Shown one piece after another: positions 54,077-64,000 of a stretch of 64,000 nucleotides of DNA (positions are counted from its first letter, which is position 1; each line of letters starts with the position of its first letter). The translations under genes were made by a program, and so were the position numbers. The notes under the pieces are model-generated. The model searched no databases. It was not told where the DNA came from and worked only from the letters and a program-made list of their open reading frames with translations. This stretch comes from Candidatus Bipolaricaulota bacterium (GTDB lineage: Bacteria; Bipolaricaulota; Bipolaricaulia; UBA7950; UBA9294). Location of the stretch: positions 285-64,284 of the forward strand of contig DAOVAR010000001.1 in NCBI GenBank assembly GCA_030670905.1, written 5' to 3'.

Positions 54077-56530
54077 ATGTTAGTAAGAGAAAGCGTACAG
54101 TTTCATGGAAAAGAACTTGCCCTAGAAACAGGGCAACTAGCAAGACAGGCAAATGCAGCGGTGCTGGCCATATATGGCGACACGCGTGTGTTGGTGAGTG
54201 TAACCCACCAGGAAAACAAGAGGAATCTTGACTACTTCCCGCTGCGTGTTGATTATGAGGAGCGGTTTTACGCCGCGGGGAAGATCCCCGGCGGTTTCTT
54301 TAAGCGAGAGGGAAGGCCAAGTGATGTAGCAACGCTAAGTGCTCGCATGATCGACCGGCCAATCCGCCCGCTCTTCCCCGACGGATACAACGATGAGGTA
54401 CAGATTGTAGCCACCATCTTATCTGTGGAGCCCGATTGTAATCCAGGTATTCTGGGGATTCTTGGTGCTTCTGCGGCTCTGATGATTTCAGAAGTGCCAT
54501 TTGGAGGACCCGTAGCCGGGGTAAGGATTGGATTAGAGGATGGAAGGTTGGCTGTAAATCCTGAAGCAACATCGCAGGAAGAGAATGGAGTGGAAATCAC
54601 CGTTGTTGGAACCAAGAAGACAGTGACAATGGTGGAAGGACAAATGAAGGAACTTCCCGAAGAAGAGCTTGTTGAGGCAGCTGATCTTGCGCATCGCGCA
54701 ATTCAAGAGATGCTTGCCTTGCAGGAGAAGTTCGTTGATCGGATTCAGCCGAGAAAGGTGGAGTTTGCTCCTGTAATTGAAGATTCTGTCCTGCGGGAAC
54801 GAGTTCAGTCCGTTGTTTGTCCTCAATTTCCATCTATGCATGGGTTTTCGACCAAGCGAGAATTGAATGATTTTGTAGCCTCGCTCCGAGAGCAGGCGAT
54901 CGAGACGGCCATCACCGAAGAGCTTTCGGTAGAGGAGAGGACAAAGCTAGAACGGCGCGTATCTTCCCTAGTAGACGGGTTCTACGGAGAATATATGAGG
55001 CAAGGGATTCTGGAACGAGGTGAACGAATCGATGGCCGTCGACCAGATGATGTGCGCCAGATTAGTTGTGAAGTTGGGAGTCTTCCACGAGCGCACGGTT
55101 CCGCAGTGTTTACTCGAGGCGAGACACAAAGCCTTGGGGTCGTTACCCTTGGTGCTTCCCGTAGTGATGAACAGATCATTGACCAGATGATGAAAGAGGG
55201 GCGCAAGCGATTCATGGTCCATTACAATTTTCCTCCTTTCTCGGTGGGCGAAGTGTCCCCATTGCGTGGGCCTAGCCGACGATCCATTGGGCATGGATAC
55301 CTGGCAGAAGGTGCTTTGCGTAGCGTTGTGCCTAATGAAGAAGACTTTCCATACACTATTCGCATCGTATCAGAGATCTTGGAGTCAAACGGTTCTTCAT
55401 CCATGGCCAGTGTGTGTAGTGGATCTCTTGCCATGATGGATGCGGGAGTGCCGACCAAGAAGGCAATCGCAGGGATTGCTATGGGGATGGTTGAAGATCC
55501 TATCTCCAAGAAACGTGTGATTCTTACGGACATCACGGGTGATGAAGACCACTATGGCGATATGGACTTCAAGGTCGCGGGAACATATGATGGGGTTACC
55601 GCGTTTCAGCTCGATGTCAAAGTTGGTGGCATTAGCATGGAAACCATTCGCGAAGTGTTGTCCAAGGCTAAGCGTGCCCGGTTGATTATTCTTGATGAAA
55701 TGACGAGAGCCATTCCCGCTCCGAGAGAACACCTTTCCTCATTTGCTCCAAGTCTGGTGACGATCAACATTCCAGTGGAGAAGATTGGGGCAGTAATCGG
55801 ACCTGGTGGAAAAATGATCCGCAAGATTATTGAGGAGACCGGCGCCACCATCGATATTGATGATGATGGAAGGGTCACACTAGCGGGTGTCGACTCCGAA
55901 GCAGTTGCTGCTGCGCAGGAACGAATCGAGGATCTTACCTCCGAGCTGGAGGTTGGGACAGTAATAGCAACCAAGGTTACACGTGTTGTTGATTTCGGGG
56001 CATTTGTTGAATTGAAGAATGGCTCCGAAGGGTTAGTCCACGTTTCTCATCTTGCTTCTGGTTACGTTGACAATGTTCGCGATATCGTGAAGCCGGGTGA
56101 TGAAATTACGGTTGAGGTAATTGGAGAAGACAAGATGGGGCGTCCCGATCTCAAACGCGTGGAAGGTGAAGGTGAGTCTTCCGGAAAAGAAAGAGCCAAG
56201 ACCTCAAGCAAGGGAAGGCAAAGAGGAAGGCCCGCAACGCCTGAAAACAAGATCAAGGTCGGAGCAGTTATTGAAGGAACGGTTGCCAATACTACCGACT
56301 ACGGGGCATTTGTTGAATTGGGGTCCGATATTACTGGGCTGATACACATCTCCGAACTCTCAGACAATTACGTCAAACACGTAGAGGATGTAGTAAAAAT
56401 GGGAGATCGAGTGACTGTTGAAGTGTTGAAGATCGACGAGCGTGGCCGCTACAAACTGCGCCGGATCATTCCCGCAGAGGAAAAAGAGAAGAACGACACG
56501 AAGGAGCTTGATTTTGAGGACCGTTGGTGA
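54077..56530 (+). CDS. pnp: Polynucleotide phosphorylase with a C-terminal KH domain and two tandem S1 domains
   Basis: 817 aa with two RNase PH-like domains, a KH domain, a first S1 (GTVIATKVTRVVDFGAFVEL), a Lys/Arg-rich linker and a second S1 (GAVIEGTVANTTDYGAFVEL). Confidence 0.95.
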   Translation: MLVRESVQFHGKELALETGQLARQANAAVLAIYGDTRVLVSVTHQENKRNLDYFPLRVDYEERFYAAGKIPGGFFKREGRPSDVATLSARMIDRPIRPLFPDGYNDEVQIVATILSVEPDCNPGILGILGASAALMISEVPFGGPVAGVRIGLEDGRLAVNPEATSQEENGVEITVVGTKKTVTMVEGQMKELPEEELVEAADLAHRAIQEMLALQEKFVDRIQPRKVEFAPVIEDSVLRERVQSVVCPQFPSMHGFSTKRELNDFVASLREQAIETAITEELSVEERTKLERRVSSLVDGFYGEYMRQGILERGERIDGRRPDDVRQISCEVGSLPRAHGSAVFTRGETQSLGVVTLGASRSDEQIIDQMMKEGRKRFMVHYNFPPFSVGEVSPLRGPSRRSIGHGYLAEGALRSVVPNEEDFPYTIRIVSEILESNGSSSMASVCSGSLAMMDAGVPTKKAIAGIAMGMVEDPISKKRVILTDITGDEDHYGDMDFKVAGTYDGVTAFQLDVKVGGISMETIREVLSKAKRARLIILDEMTRAIPAPREHLSSFAPSLVTINIPVEKIGAVIGPGGKMIRKIIEETGATIDIDDDGRVTLAGVDSEAVAAAQERIEDLTSELEVGTVIATKVTRVVDFGAFVELKNGSEGLVHVSHLASGYVDNVRDIVKPGDEITVEVIGEDKMGRPDLKRVEGEGESSGKERAKTSSKGRQRGRPATPENKIKVGAVIEGTVANTTDYGAFVELGSDITGLIHISELSDNYVKHVEDVVKMGDRVTVEVLKIDERGRYKLRRIIPAEEKEKNDTKELDFEDRW

Positions 56531-57804
56531 AAAGATCTCTCTACGATGGCGCTTTTTCTTGTAGACTTGAGAATGGGCTACAGGTTTTGGTGGAAGAGAG
56601 GTTGCCTTCCCGAACGGTAACTATGGGTGTCTGGGTCAGAATAGGAAGCCGCGATGATCCAGACGCTCTTCCTGGTTTGGCGCATTTTGTTGAGCACTTG
56701 TTGTTTCGCGGAACAGCAACCCGTAACGCAGAACAGATAGCTCGAGAGATTGATGCGATTGGCGGGTATCTCAATGGAGCCACAGGAAAAGAACATAGTC
56801 TTTACTACACCAGTGTTCCAAGCGATGGTTTTTCCCTTGCGCTACAACTTCTTATTGATTTAGTACAGAATCCTAGATTCGATGAACAGGAAATTGAGCG
56901 TGAGAGGAAGGTAGTTCTTGAGGAGATTCGTGGGCACGATGATGATCCAGAGCAGCTAGCCTACGATCTGTTTGCAGCTGGCTTGTGGAAAGACAAACAT
57001 CATCTCTGTTCTTCAGTCTTAGGAAGTCGTGAGGTGATCAGGTGTGTAGCTCGCCGAGAGATCGATCGACAGTATCGTCTTTTCTATCAGCCCAAGAACA
57101 TGATTCTCGTTGTGTGTGGGGCGGTTGAGCACGAAAAAGTATTTGCAATGGCGAAGCAGTTGGCTGATGGCTCGCCCACTGATGTTCCTGTTACTGAGCG
57201 CGTAACTCCGCGGATGATGAGCGGACGTGCATTTCACGAGCGAAGTACTGGGCAGTCTCATATCTACTTAGGTTTTCCTGGAGTAGCCGCGGCGGACGAT
57301 AGCCGTTTTCCTATGGAGGTTGCAAATACAGTTCTTGGAGGTGGAATGAGCTCGCGTCTGTTCCGCATTATTCGCGAGGAACTTGGGCTGGCCTATTCCA
57401 TCTTCAGTGATGTTTCTTGCTACTCTGACGCCGGCACCTGGATCATCTATGCTGCCACTGCTCCAGAGACAGTGGCCGAAGTTGTGGGAGTGATAAGAAG
57501 GGAAATCGATTGCTTGAATTCTGCAGGGATAGGAAGCGATGATATTATGTTGGCCAAGAGAAAATTGTGTGGAGGTTTAGTCCTAGGCTCAGAAACAAAC
57601 TACAATTCTATGCTCAGATTGGGATACGCCGCAGTGAGTGGCAAGAAGATACTTTCCCTAGATGAAGTGATTGCTCTTCTGGAAGCTGTCTCAGAAAAGG
57701 ATGCCTGGCGAGTTCTGAAGCAGCATATGCAAGAGGATTCTATGAACTTAGCAGTGATTGGCCCACGCACATCTGATGTTGTGGCAATCAAAGATTTGGA
57801 GTAG
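56524..57804 (+). CDS. M16-family zinc peptidase (insulinase-like)
   Basis: 426 aa with an HFVEHLLFRGT (HxxEH) motif. Confidence 0.8.
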   Translation: MVKRSLYDGAFSCRLENGLQVLVEERLPSRTVTMGVWVRIGSRDDPDALPGLAHFVEHLLFRGTATRNAEQIAREIDAIGGYLNGATGKEHSLYYTSVPSDGFSLALQLLIDLVQNPRFDEQEIERERKVVLEEIRGHDDDPEQLAYDLFAAGLWKDKHHLCSSVLGSREVIRCVARREIDRQYRLFYQPKNMILVVCGAVEHEKVFAMAKQLADGSPTDVPVTERVTPRMMSGRAFHERSTGQSHIYLGFPGVAAADDSRFPMEVANTVLGGGMSSRLFRIIREELGLAYSIFSDVSCYSDAGTWIIYAATAPETVAEVVGVIRREIDCLNSAGIGSDDIMLAKRKLCGGLVLGSETNYNSMLRLGYAAVSGKKILSLDEVIALLEAVSEKDAWRVLKQHMQEDSMNLAVIGPRTSDVVAIKDLE

Positions 57805-57816
57805 AATTGTGTTCAC

Positions 57817-58305
57817 ATGCGGCTATCTAATGCTATCTACCCAGGGAGTTTCGACCCGATTACCTATGGACATATTGATATTGTCCGGCGGGCAACAAGG
57901 TTATTCGACGATTTGGTAATTGCTGTAGTAGCGAACCCACGCAAGAAACCACTTTTCTCTGTGACCGAGCGGGTAAGGATTACCGAGAAGGCGCTTGCTG
58001 AGTGCGACATCTGTGGAGTGAAGGTGATCGCGTACGATGGCCTATTGATCGACTGCGCCAAGTCTCACAATGTACAAGCGATTGTGCGTGGCCTGCGCGC
58101 GAATTCGGATTTTGACTATGAGTTTCAGATGGCTCTTACAAACCGCGACCTGGATTCCGATATTGAAACAGTCTTCTTCATGACAGCTGGCTGCTACAGT
58201 TTTCTTTCTTCTTCCATCGTTAAGGAAGTGAAGCGATTTGGCGGAGAGATCAAGTCTTTTGCTCCTAAGTCAGTGGAACAAGCCCTCGCTCACAAATTCG
58301 AGTAG
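57817..58305 (+). CDS. coaD: Phosphopantetheine adenylyltransferase
   Basis: 162 aa, AIYPGSFDPITYGHIDIV. Confidence 0.9.
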   Translation: MRLSNAIYPGSFDPITYGHIDIVRRATRLFDDLVIAVVANPRKKPLFSVTERVRITEKALAECDICGVKVIAYDGLLIDCAKSHNVQAIVRGLRANSDFDYEFQMALTNRDLDSDIETVFFMTAGCYSFLSSSIVKEVKRFGGEIKSFAPKSVEQALAHKFE

Positions 58306-58566
58306 GTAACAGTTAATCCCATCCTTAGAGGCTCAGGGGATAGCCATGTTTGGTAAGGTCGTGTCTCTGATATTGGTCTCGAGGGGAATGTTACGCTGCC
58401 ACAACCTGAAGAAGGCATTCTTGTCCCCAGTTCCTCAAGAAGGATATTCTATTGCCGGCCACCAGGACAGCATAAAGCCAACAATAGACCACTGCTGCTT
58501 GAAATGTGACTATCTGTAGCTATAGACTATGGGCTCAGATAAATAAGGGTTGGGTAGAGTCATAGT

Positions 58567-59502
58567 ATGTGGACATTGCTTGCAGGCGGAGTTATGGGTT
58601 GGGGGCTGGGCGCAAACGATGCGGCCAATTTGTTTGGTCCAGCGGTTGAAAGCAGGGCGCTAAGATTCTGGACAGCAGCAGGCCTAGCTTCGTTTTTTGT
58701 CATCCTTGGTGCCATCTTTAGCGGCACCCGCGGCTTTGACACTTATGGAGCAATCAGTACACAAACCTTGATGTCGAGTTTCATCATTATGCTTGCTGCT
58801 GGGGGCACAGTTGTCGTGATGACTCTCCTGGGACTTCCTATCTCATCCACACAGGCAACAGTAGGAGCTATCATTGGGGGAAGCCTGCTCAGAGAAGGGG
58901 TTGATTTTCAACCACTCATAAAGATATTTATCTCATGGATTCTTACTCCGGTTGGAGGTCTAATCGCCGCCTATATTCCTTACAAACTTGCCTCTCTCTA
59001 TCCAACAACTGCGCTTGGCCGCTTTTCTACACATGATCGCTTGATTCGTTGGGGGCTTGCTGTTGCTACCTGCTACGGCGCGTATTCTCTGGGGGCAAAC
59101 AATATAGCTAATGTAACGGGTGTCTACGTGACTGCTGGCGTTACTACAGAGTTTACCGCCGCGCTGATTGGATCCATGGCAATTGCAGTAGGGATTCTTA
59201 CATTTAGCAGGAGCGTGATGCACACTGTGGGAAGCTGTATCGTGCCGCTGGACCCATTTGCTTCGCTAATTGTAGTCTTGGCACAGGCAATTACTCTAAA
59301 TGTGTATGCGATGATAGGGGTTCCTGTTTCTGCTTCCCAGGCTGTAGTGGGCGCGGTGGTGGGCATCGGTCTTGTGAAAGGAACGCGGACAATCAATGCC
59401 CGTGTTCTTATGCGGGTTTTGTTCGGATGGGTTGGCACCCCGGCAATTGCCTGTGCCCTGTGTATTGTGCTTGGGTTGCTCGTAGCAGCTATTGCGAAAT
59501 GA
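58567..59502 (+). CDS. Inorganic phosphate transporter, PiT family
   Basis: 311 aa with a GANDAAN motif and multiple TM segments. No PhoU-like partner is adjacent. Confidence 0.75.
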   Translation: MWTLLAGGVMGWGLGANDAANLFGPAVESRALRFWTAAGLASFFVILGAIFSGTRGFDTYGAISTQTLMSSFIIMLAAGGTVVVMTLLGLPISSTQATVGAIIGGSLLREGVDFQPLIKIFISWILTPVGGLIAAYIPYKLASLYPTTALGRFSTHDRLIRWGLAVATCYGAYSLGANNIANVTGVYVTAGVTTEFTAALIGSMAIAVGILTFSRSVMHTVGSCIVPLDPFASLIVVLAQAITLNVYAMIGVPVSASQAVVGAVVGIGLVKGTRTINARVLMRVLFGWVGTPAIACALCIVLGLLVAAIAK

Positions 59503-59560
59503 ACAGGACCGGGAGGAGCCCCGGCCCGGATCATTTCAAGCTGGTGTTGTTCTCCATGTG

Positions 59561-62212
59561 TTATTCCTTAAGCACCGCGTGTGCCGCCGCAAGGCGAGCA
59601 ATCGGAACGCGGTAAGGGCTGCAGCTTACGTAATCTAGTCCAATCCCGTGGAAAAACTTGATGGAAGACGGTTCTCCTCCATGCTCTCCACATATTCCGA
59701 GCTCGATGTCAGGACGTGTCTTTCTGCCGAGCTTACACGCCATTTCTACCAGCTTGCCTACTCCATTCTGGTCGAGGACTTGGAACGGATCGTGCGCGTA
59801 GATCCCCTTTACAACGTAGTCTTTCAAGAAATTGCCGGCATCGTCACGGGAGAATCCACATCCCATCTGAGTGAGATCATTTGTGCCAAAGCTGAAGAAC
59901 TCCGCCTCTTGTGCGATTTCGTCAGCGGTGATCGCCGCTCGTGGAACCTCAATCATTGTTCCAATCATGTAAGGGATGTCTTTCTTAGTTAATCCTCTTC
60001 CAGCTAGCACATCCGTTGCTATGTGTTCGATTAACTCACGTTGCAGGATGAGCTCTTTTACGCTTCCGACGAGTGGTACCATGATCTCAGGAAGGACAGC
60101 AATACCTTCCGTATGAACATTGCACGCTGCCTCAATAATCGCTCGTACTTGCATCTCTGAGATTTCAGGGTAAGTGATTCCGAGTCGGCAGCCGCGATGG
60201 CCGAGCATCGGATTGAATTCATGGAGAGCATCGACCTTTTCCCGCACTTGTTCGGCCGATACCCCTATTACTTGCGCAACCTCGCGTTGCCCTTCCTCGT
60301 TGTGAGGGAGAAACTCGTGTAACGGAGGGTCGAGGAAACGAATTGTCACGGGGCGTCCTTCCATTGCGCGGAACAGTCCTTCAAAGTCACTTCTCTGCAT
60401 AGGGAGAAGTTTGTTTAGCGCTTCTCTACGGCCAGTTTCATCATCGGCAAGGATCATCTCACGCACGGCGACGATTCTTCCTTCTTCAAAGAACATGTGC
60501 TCTGTGCGACAGAGGCCGATTCCCTCTGCTCCAAACTTGACCGCTGTCGCGGCATCCTGTGGGGTATCAGCATTGGCACGCACACCCAAACGGCGGATCT
60601 CATCAGCCCATGCAAGGAGGGTTCCAACGTTCCCAGATAGCTCCGCAGCAATTGTCGGAATCTCTCCAAGGTAGACATCGCCAGTTGATCCATTCAGACT
60701 GATCGAGTCTCCTCTGTTTATAGTATGTCCGCCAACAGAGACGGTTGCCGCGTTGTAGTCAATTGCAATCTCACCAGCACCAGCGACACAACACTTGCCC
60801 ATTCCACGTGCTACTACCGCTGCATGGCTGGTCATACCTCCGCGGGCGGTAAGGACCCCTTCGGCTACGTGCATTCCACCGATATCTTCCGGCGATGTTT
60901 CAACTCGTACGAGAATAACTTTCTCCCCTTCTTGTACGGCTTTTTCCGCTTCTTCTGCGGAAAGGACAACCGCTCCAGTTGCCGCGCCAGGGCTTGCCGG
61001 AAGGCCTTTGGTTAGTTGTATGGCTTTCTGTTCCTCTTGTGGATCAAAGGTAGGGTGAAGGAGTTGCTCGATATGCTCAGGCGTAACTCTAAGCAGTGCC
61101 TCTTGTTTGTCTATCGTTCCGTCACGCGCCATCTCTACTGCCATACGGACGGCGGCTGCGGCAGTTCGCTTTCCGGCGCGGGTCTGCAATATATATAGAT
61201 TACCGTCCTCAATAGTAAACTCAACATCCTGCATGTCGTGATAGTGATCTTCTAGTTTCTCGCGAATATCTGTAAGTTCGCTGTATACCTTGGGAAAAAC
61301 GTTTCTTAGAGTCTCTATTGGCTGAGGGGTACGAATTCCGGCGACAACGTCTTCTCCTTGAGCGTTCATTAGGTATTCGCCGTAGAATAGGTTCTCCCCG
61401 GTTGCCGGATTGCGTGTAAATGCTACACCGGTTCCGCATCTTTCTCCCATGTTTCCGAACACCATTGCTTGCACGTTTACAGCGGTTCCGATCAGTCCAT
61501 GGATCTCGTTGATCTCTCGATACTTGATTGCACGAGGATTGTTCCATGATTTGAACACCGCGGTGATTGCTCCCCATAGCTGTTTGGCTGGATCTTGGGG
61601 GAACTCTACCCGGAGCTGTTCTCTAATCGCAGCCTTGAAGAGTGCAACGAGCTCTCTTAGGTCAGATACATCGAGCTCGGTGTCAAGCTTGACGCCTTTC
61701 CTTGCCTTCAGGGTGCCAAGGAGTTTCTCGAATGGATCAATATCTGTTTCACTCTGTGGTCTTAAACCTAATACTACATCTCCATACATCTGCACAAGCC
61801 GACGGTAGGAATCGTATGCGAATCTCTCGTTTCCGGCCGTGGCGATGAGCCCTTTCGCTGTCTCATCAGTCAAGCCAAGGTTAAGGACAGTATCCATCAT
61901 CCCAGGCATGGAGACCGCGGCTCCGGAGCGAACCGACACAAGCAAAGGATTGGACGGATCCCCAAACCTTTTTCCAGTTGCCTTCTCAAGCTTACACAGG
62001 TTCTCCTTGAGCTCCTCGCCCAGGCTATCGGGATAGGAGCCATCATGCTCATCGTAATAACGACAGACTTCGGTAGACAGAGTGAAGCCCGGCGGGACAG
62101 GGATCCCTAGCCCTGCCATCTCGGCAAGGTTCGCGCCCTTACCTCCGAGAAGTTCCTTCATCGAGGAATTCCCTTCGCTCTCTCCTTTGCTGAAAAAATA
62201 GATGTGTTTCAT
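59561..62212 (-). CDS. ppdK: Pyruvate, phosphate dikinase
   Basis: About 883 aa from the internal ATG ([32 protein letters not shown]), with catalytic [15 protein letters not shown]. The ORF-track start at 62242 adds 10 residues. Confidence 0.9.
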   Translation of the reverse strand: MKHIYFFSKGESEGNSSMKELLGGKGANLAEMAGLGIPVPPGFTLSTEVCRYYDEHDGSYPDSLGEELKENLCKLEKATGKRFGDPSNPLLVSVRSGAAVSMPGMMDTVLNLGLTDETAKGLIATAGNERFAYDSYRRLVQMYGDVVLGLRPQSETDIDPFEKLLGTLKARKGVKLDTELDVSDLRELVALFKAAIREQLRVEFPQDPAKQLWGAITAVFKSWNNPRAIKYREINEIHGLIGTAVNVQAMVFGNMGERCGTGVAFTRNPATGENLFYGEYLMNAQGEDVVAGIRTPQPIETLRNVFPKVYSELTDIREKLEDHYHDMQDVEFTIEDGNLYILQTRAGKRTAAAAVRMAVEMARDGTIDKQEALLRVTPEHIEQLLHPTFDPQEEQKAIQLTKGLPASPGAATGAVVLSAEEAEKAVQEGEKVILVRVETSPEDIGGMHVAEGVLTARGGMTSHAAVVARGMGKCCVAGAGEIAIDYNAATVSVGGHTINRGDSISLNGSTGDVYLGEIPTIAAELSGNVGTLLAWADEIRRLGVRANADTPQDAATAVKFGAEGIGLCRTEHMFFEEGRIVAVREMILADDETGRREALNKLLPMQRSDFEGLFRAMEGRPVTIRFLDPPLHEFLPHNEEGQREVAQVIGVSAEQVREKVDALHEFNPMLGHRGCRLGITYPEISEMQVRAIIEAACNVHTEGIAVLPEIMVPLVGSVKELILQRELIEHIATDVLAGRGLTKKDIPYMIGTMIEVPRAAITADEIAQEAEFFSFGTNDLTQMGCGFSRDDAGNFLKDYVVKGIYAHDPFQVLDQNGVGKLVEMACKLGRKTRPDIELGICGEHGGEPSSIKFFHGIGLDYVSCSPYRVPIARLAAAHAVLKE

Positions 62213-62263
62213 TGAGTTATGCCTCCATGGTCTGTAACGCATCGCTGTCGGGGGTCGGGTTGT

Positions 62264-63184
62264 TTACGCGGAGAAGAGAGCATCCACGAACTGATCGGCT
62301 ACAAACTCGTGTAAATCATCCTTACTTTCCCCCACTCCAATGTACATGATTGGAACAGCCAGTTGTTTCTGAATAGTGAGTATTGCTCCTCCTTTGGATG
62401 TTCCATCTAGTTTTGTGAGAACTACTCCGGTAAGGTCAATTGCTGTGTGGAAAGAAACTGCTTGGCAGATTCCATTTTGACCGGTAGTAGCATCGAGAAT
62501 TAGAAGTCGTTCATCGGGCTTGCGGCCAAGCCTTTTCACGACGGTTCGATTGATCTTTTGCAGCTCTTCCATCAAGTTGTGCTTGGTGTGTAGGCGGCCA
62601 GCCGTATCGATGAATAACACTCCTCCGCGGCGGCGAGCATGTTCAATTGCGTCGAACACAACGGCTGATGGATCAGCTCCGATACGGTGTCTTATCATGT
62701 CTGCATCTACTCGGTCCGCCCAAATATTGAGCTGGTCGATCGCGCCTGCACGGAATGTATCAGCAGCCGCGAACGTGATTGACATGGCGGGATCATGTTC
62801 TCGCAGATGTGCAGCAAGCTTGGCTATTGTGGTCGTTTTTCCTGAACCGTTTACTCCAGCGACAAGAATCACCGTTAGCTGCGAGTCATTGCGCAATGAA
62901 AGTGATCGTTCATGACCAGATAGCCGCTTCTTGATCCCCTGTTTGAGTATGGCAAGCACCTCTTCCCTGTCTATGCGCCCAGTTCTTCTGCAGCTGGAGA
63001 GCTCATCGACCAGCTCTGTGGCGACAGCGGCGCTGACGTCAGCGGAGATAAGAATCTCCTCAATTCTTTCTAGTTCCTCATGATCCAGCTTCCCCCCTTG
63101 CCCGAGTACCTGAGTGATGGAAGCAGTAAGTTGAGTTCGAGTCCGCTCTAGTCCATTCCTCAACCGATCTGCCCAGGCCATCAC
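62264..63184 (-). CDS. ftsY: Signal recognition particle receptor FtsY
   Basis: 306 aa NG domain with GVNGSGKTTT, DTAGR and TKLDG motifs. Confidence 0.9.
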   Translation of the reverse strand: MMAWADRLRNGLERTRTQLTASITQVLGQGGKLDHEELERIEEILISADVSAAVATELVDELSSCRRTGRIDREEVLAILKQGIKKRLSGHERSLSLRNDSQLTVILVAGVNGSGKTTTIAKLAAHLREHDPAMSITFAAADTFRAGAIDQLNIWADRVDADMIRHRIGADPSAVVFDAIEHARRRGGVLFIDTAGRLHTKHNLMEELQKINRTVVKRLGRKPDERLLILDATTGQNGICQAVSFHTAIDLTGVVLTKLDGTSKGGAILTIQKQLAVPIMYIGVGESKDDLHEFVADQFVDALFSA

Positions 63185-64000
63185 ATCTCCTCAGGGATGG
63201 ACAGTCCAAGAAGTTGTAGGCTACGGTGAAGCACAATCTGCACCCCACGCAGGAGAGCTAGGCGGGCAGTGGTTAGACGTTCCTGGTCGCCAAGAACACG
63301 GTAGGAGTCATAGTAGGCATGAAAAGCGCGGGCGAGCGTCAATGCGTAGTCTGTGACTAGATGTGGCGAGAACTCGAATGCTGCTTGTTGTAGCATTTCC
63401 GGGAAGCGGTCTAGCTGCTTGATAAGATCGAGCTCCTCTCTCTTCTCTAGTGGTCTGAGATCTACTTGTGGCGACAAGTCGGGTGAGTCGATCCTGCGAA
63501 AGATGGAAGCAATACGCGTATGAGCGTATTGAATGTAGTAGAGTGGATTGTCGAGGGATTGCACGCGTGCTAGATCCATATCGAATTCTAGATGGCTTGT
63601 TGGTTTGCGTGCAACCATGAAGTAGCGGACCACGTTGCGCCCTAACTCGTCCAACAGATCGTTCAGCAGAATGAACTTTCCGGCACGCGTTGACATCCTG
63701 GTGATCTTCTCATGTTCCCTGATACTCACGAATTGATGTACGGCATAATCTAGGAAGTCCTCCGGATAACCAAGTATGCGCATTGCCGCTCGCATGCAGG
63801 ATTGTTCCACTTGATGATCCGCTCCCTGTACGTTGATCACATGGACAAACCCTCGTCGATGTTTGTTGATATGATAAGCAATATCAACCATGAGATAGGT
63901 TGGACGACCGTCGCTGCGCACGAGAACAGAATCCTTAACTCCATGGTTTTCTTCAGTCTTGAGCCAGATTGCGCCCTCACGTTCGTAGACGCCACCGCGC
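63181..64000 (-). CDS. argS: Arginine--tRNA ligase, C-terminal portion only. The gene continues beyond the window end.
   Basis: The open frame runs to the edge. The C-terminal DALR anticodon-binding domain ends ...LGLSIPEEM. Confidence 0.8.
   Translation of the reverse strand, partial: RGGVYEREGAIWLKTEENHGVKDSVLVRSDGRPTYLMVDIAYHINKHRRGFVHVINVQGADHQVEQSCMRAAMRILGYPEDFLDYAVHQFVSIREHEKITRMSTRAGKFILLNDLLDELGRNVVRYFMVARKPTSHLEFDMDLARVQSLDNPLYYIQYAHTRIASIFRRIDSPDLSPQVDLRPLEKREELDLIKQLDRFPEMLQQAAFEFSPHLVTDYALTLARAFHAYYDSYRVLGDQERLTTARLALLRGVQIVLHRSLQLLGLSIPEEM

Noticed and set aside
1-64000. Mobile elements, CRISPR arrays, and defence or toxin-antitoxin modules
   Set aside because: I found no transposase, integrase or recombinase genes. 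There are no direct-repeat arrays with spacers and no phage genes. There are no recognisable restriction-modification, Cas, CBASS, retron or toxin-antitoxin pairs. The patatin gene stands alone without a cyclase or partner. RadC and YifB/ComM are single housekeeping-type genes.

Overview
This 64-kb window looks like chromosomal DNA from an anaerobic bacterium with an outer membrane (BamA, Skp/OmpH and FabZ are present). GC content is about 50% and gene density is high. It holds about 60 protein-coding genes, one tRNA-Leu(CAA), no CRISPR array and no mobile elements, so it is not a classic accessory island.

The window has two notable metabolic blocks, both on the minus strand between 20.6 kb and position 1.

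(1) A one-carbon operon. An AcsE-like methyl-THF:corrinoid methyltransferase, a B12-binding corrinoid protein and an ATP-dependent reductive activator (RACo) are followed by folD, metV, metF and fhs. This is a complete route from a methyl-corrinoid through methyl-THF to formate. A 45-codon remnant precedes the operon. It looks like the N-terminus of an MttB-family, substrate-specific methyltransferase whose body has been deleted.

(2) A catabolic operon. Two different xanthine-dehydrogenase-family molybdenum hydroxylases sit in tandem. One has separate FAD, [2Fe-2S] and Mo subunits. The other has FAD and [2Fe-2S] fused in an unusual order. They are followed by indolepyruvate:ferredoxin oxidoreductase (iorAB), an ADP-forming acyl-CoA synthetase and a HisC-family aminotransferase. 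That combination is the aromatic or hetero-aromatic amino acid route to aryl-acetate plus ATP, with added Mo-hydroxylase steps.

The rest is housekeeping:
- glnA.
- A standalone MetH-activation-domain protein.
- fchA-like cyclohydrolase, then nusB and an Asp23/AmaP/DUF2273 stress cluster.
- efp, rlpA, and groESL with a sigma-A promoter and CIRCE operator.
- A patatin phospholipase, an LTD protein, a cation antiporter and an S9 peptidase.
- radC, an M32 carboxypeptidase and a FAH hydrolase.
- A truncated dcw cluster (ftsW-murG-murC-murB-ftsQ-ftsA-ftsZ) directly preceded by ftcD.
- fabZ-skp-bamA, yifB and yraN.
- A decayed mtaD-like amidohydrolase pseudogene.
- rpsO-pnp (PNPase with tandem S1 domains), an M16 peptidase and coaD.
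- A PiT transporter, ppdK, ftsY, and a partial argS.

Two conserved N-termini are encoded out of frame and would each be restored by a 1-nt deletion. One is the ftsQ membrane anchor, next to a C7/G7 homopolymer. The other is the N-terminus of the Mo subunit of the second hydroxylase. Both are likely assembly indels or recent frameshifts.
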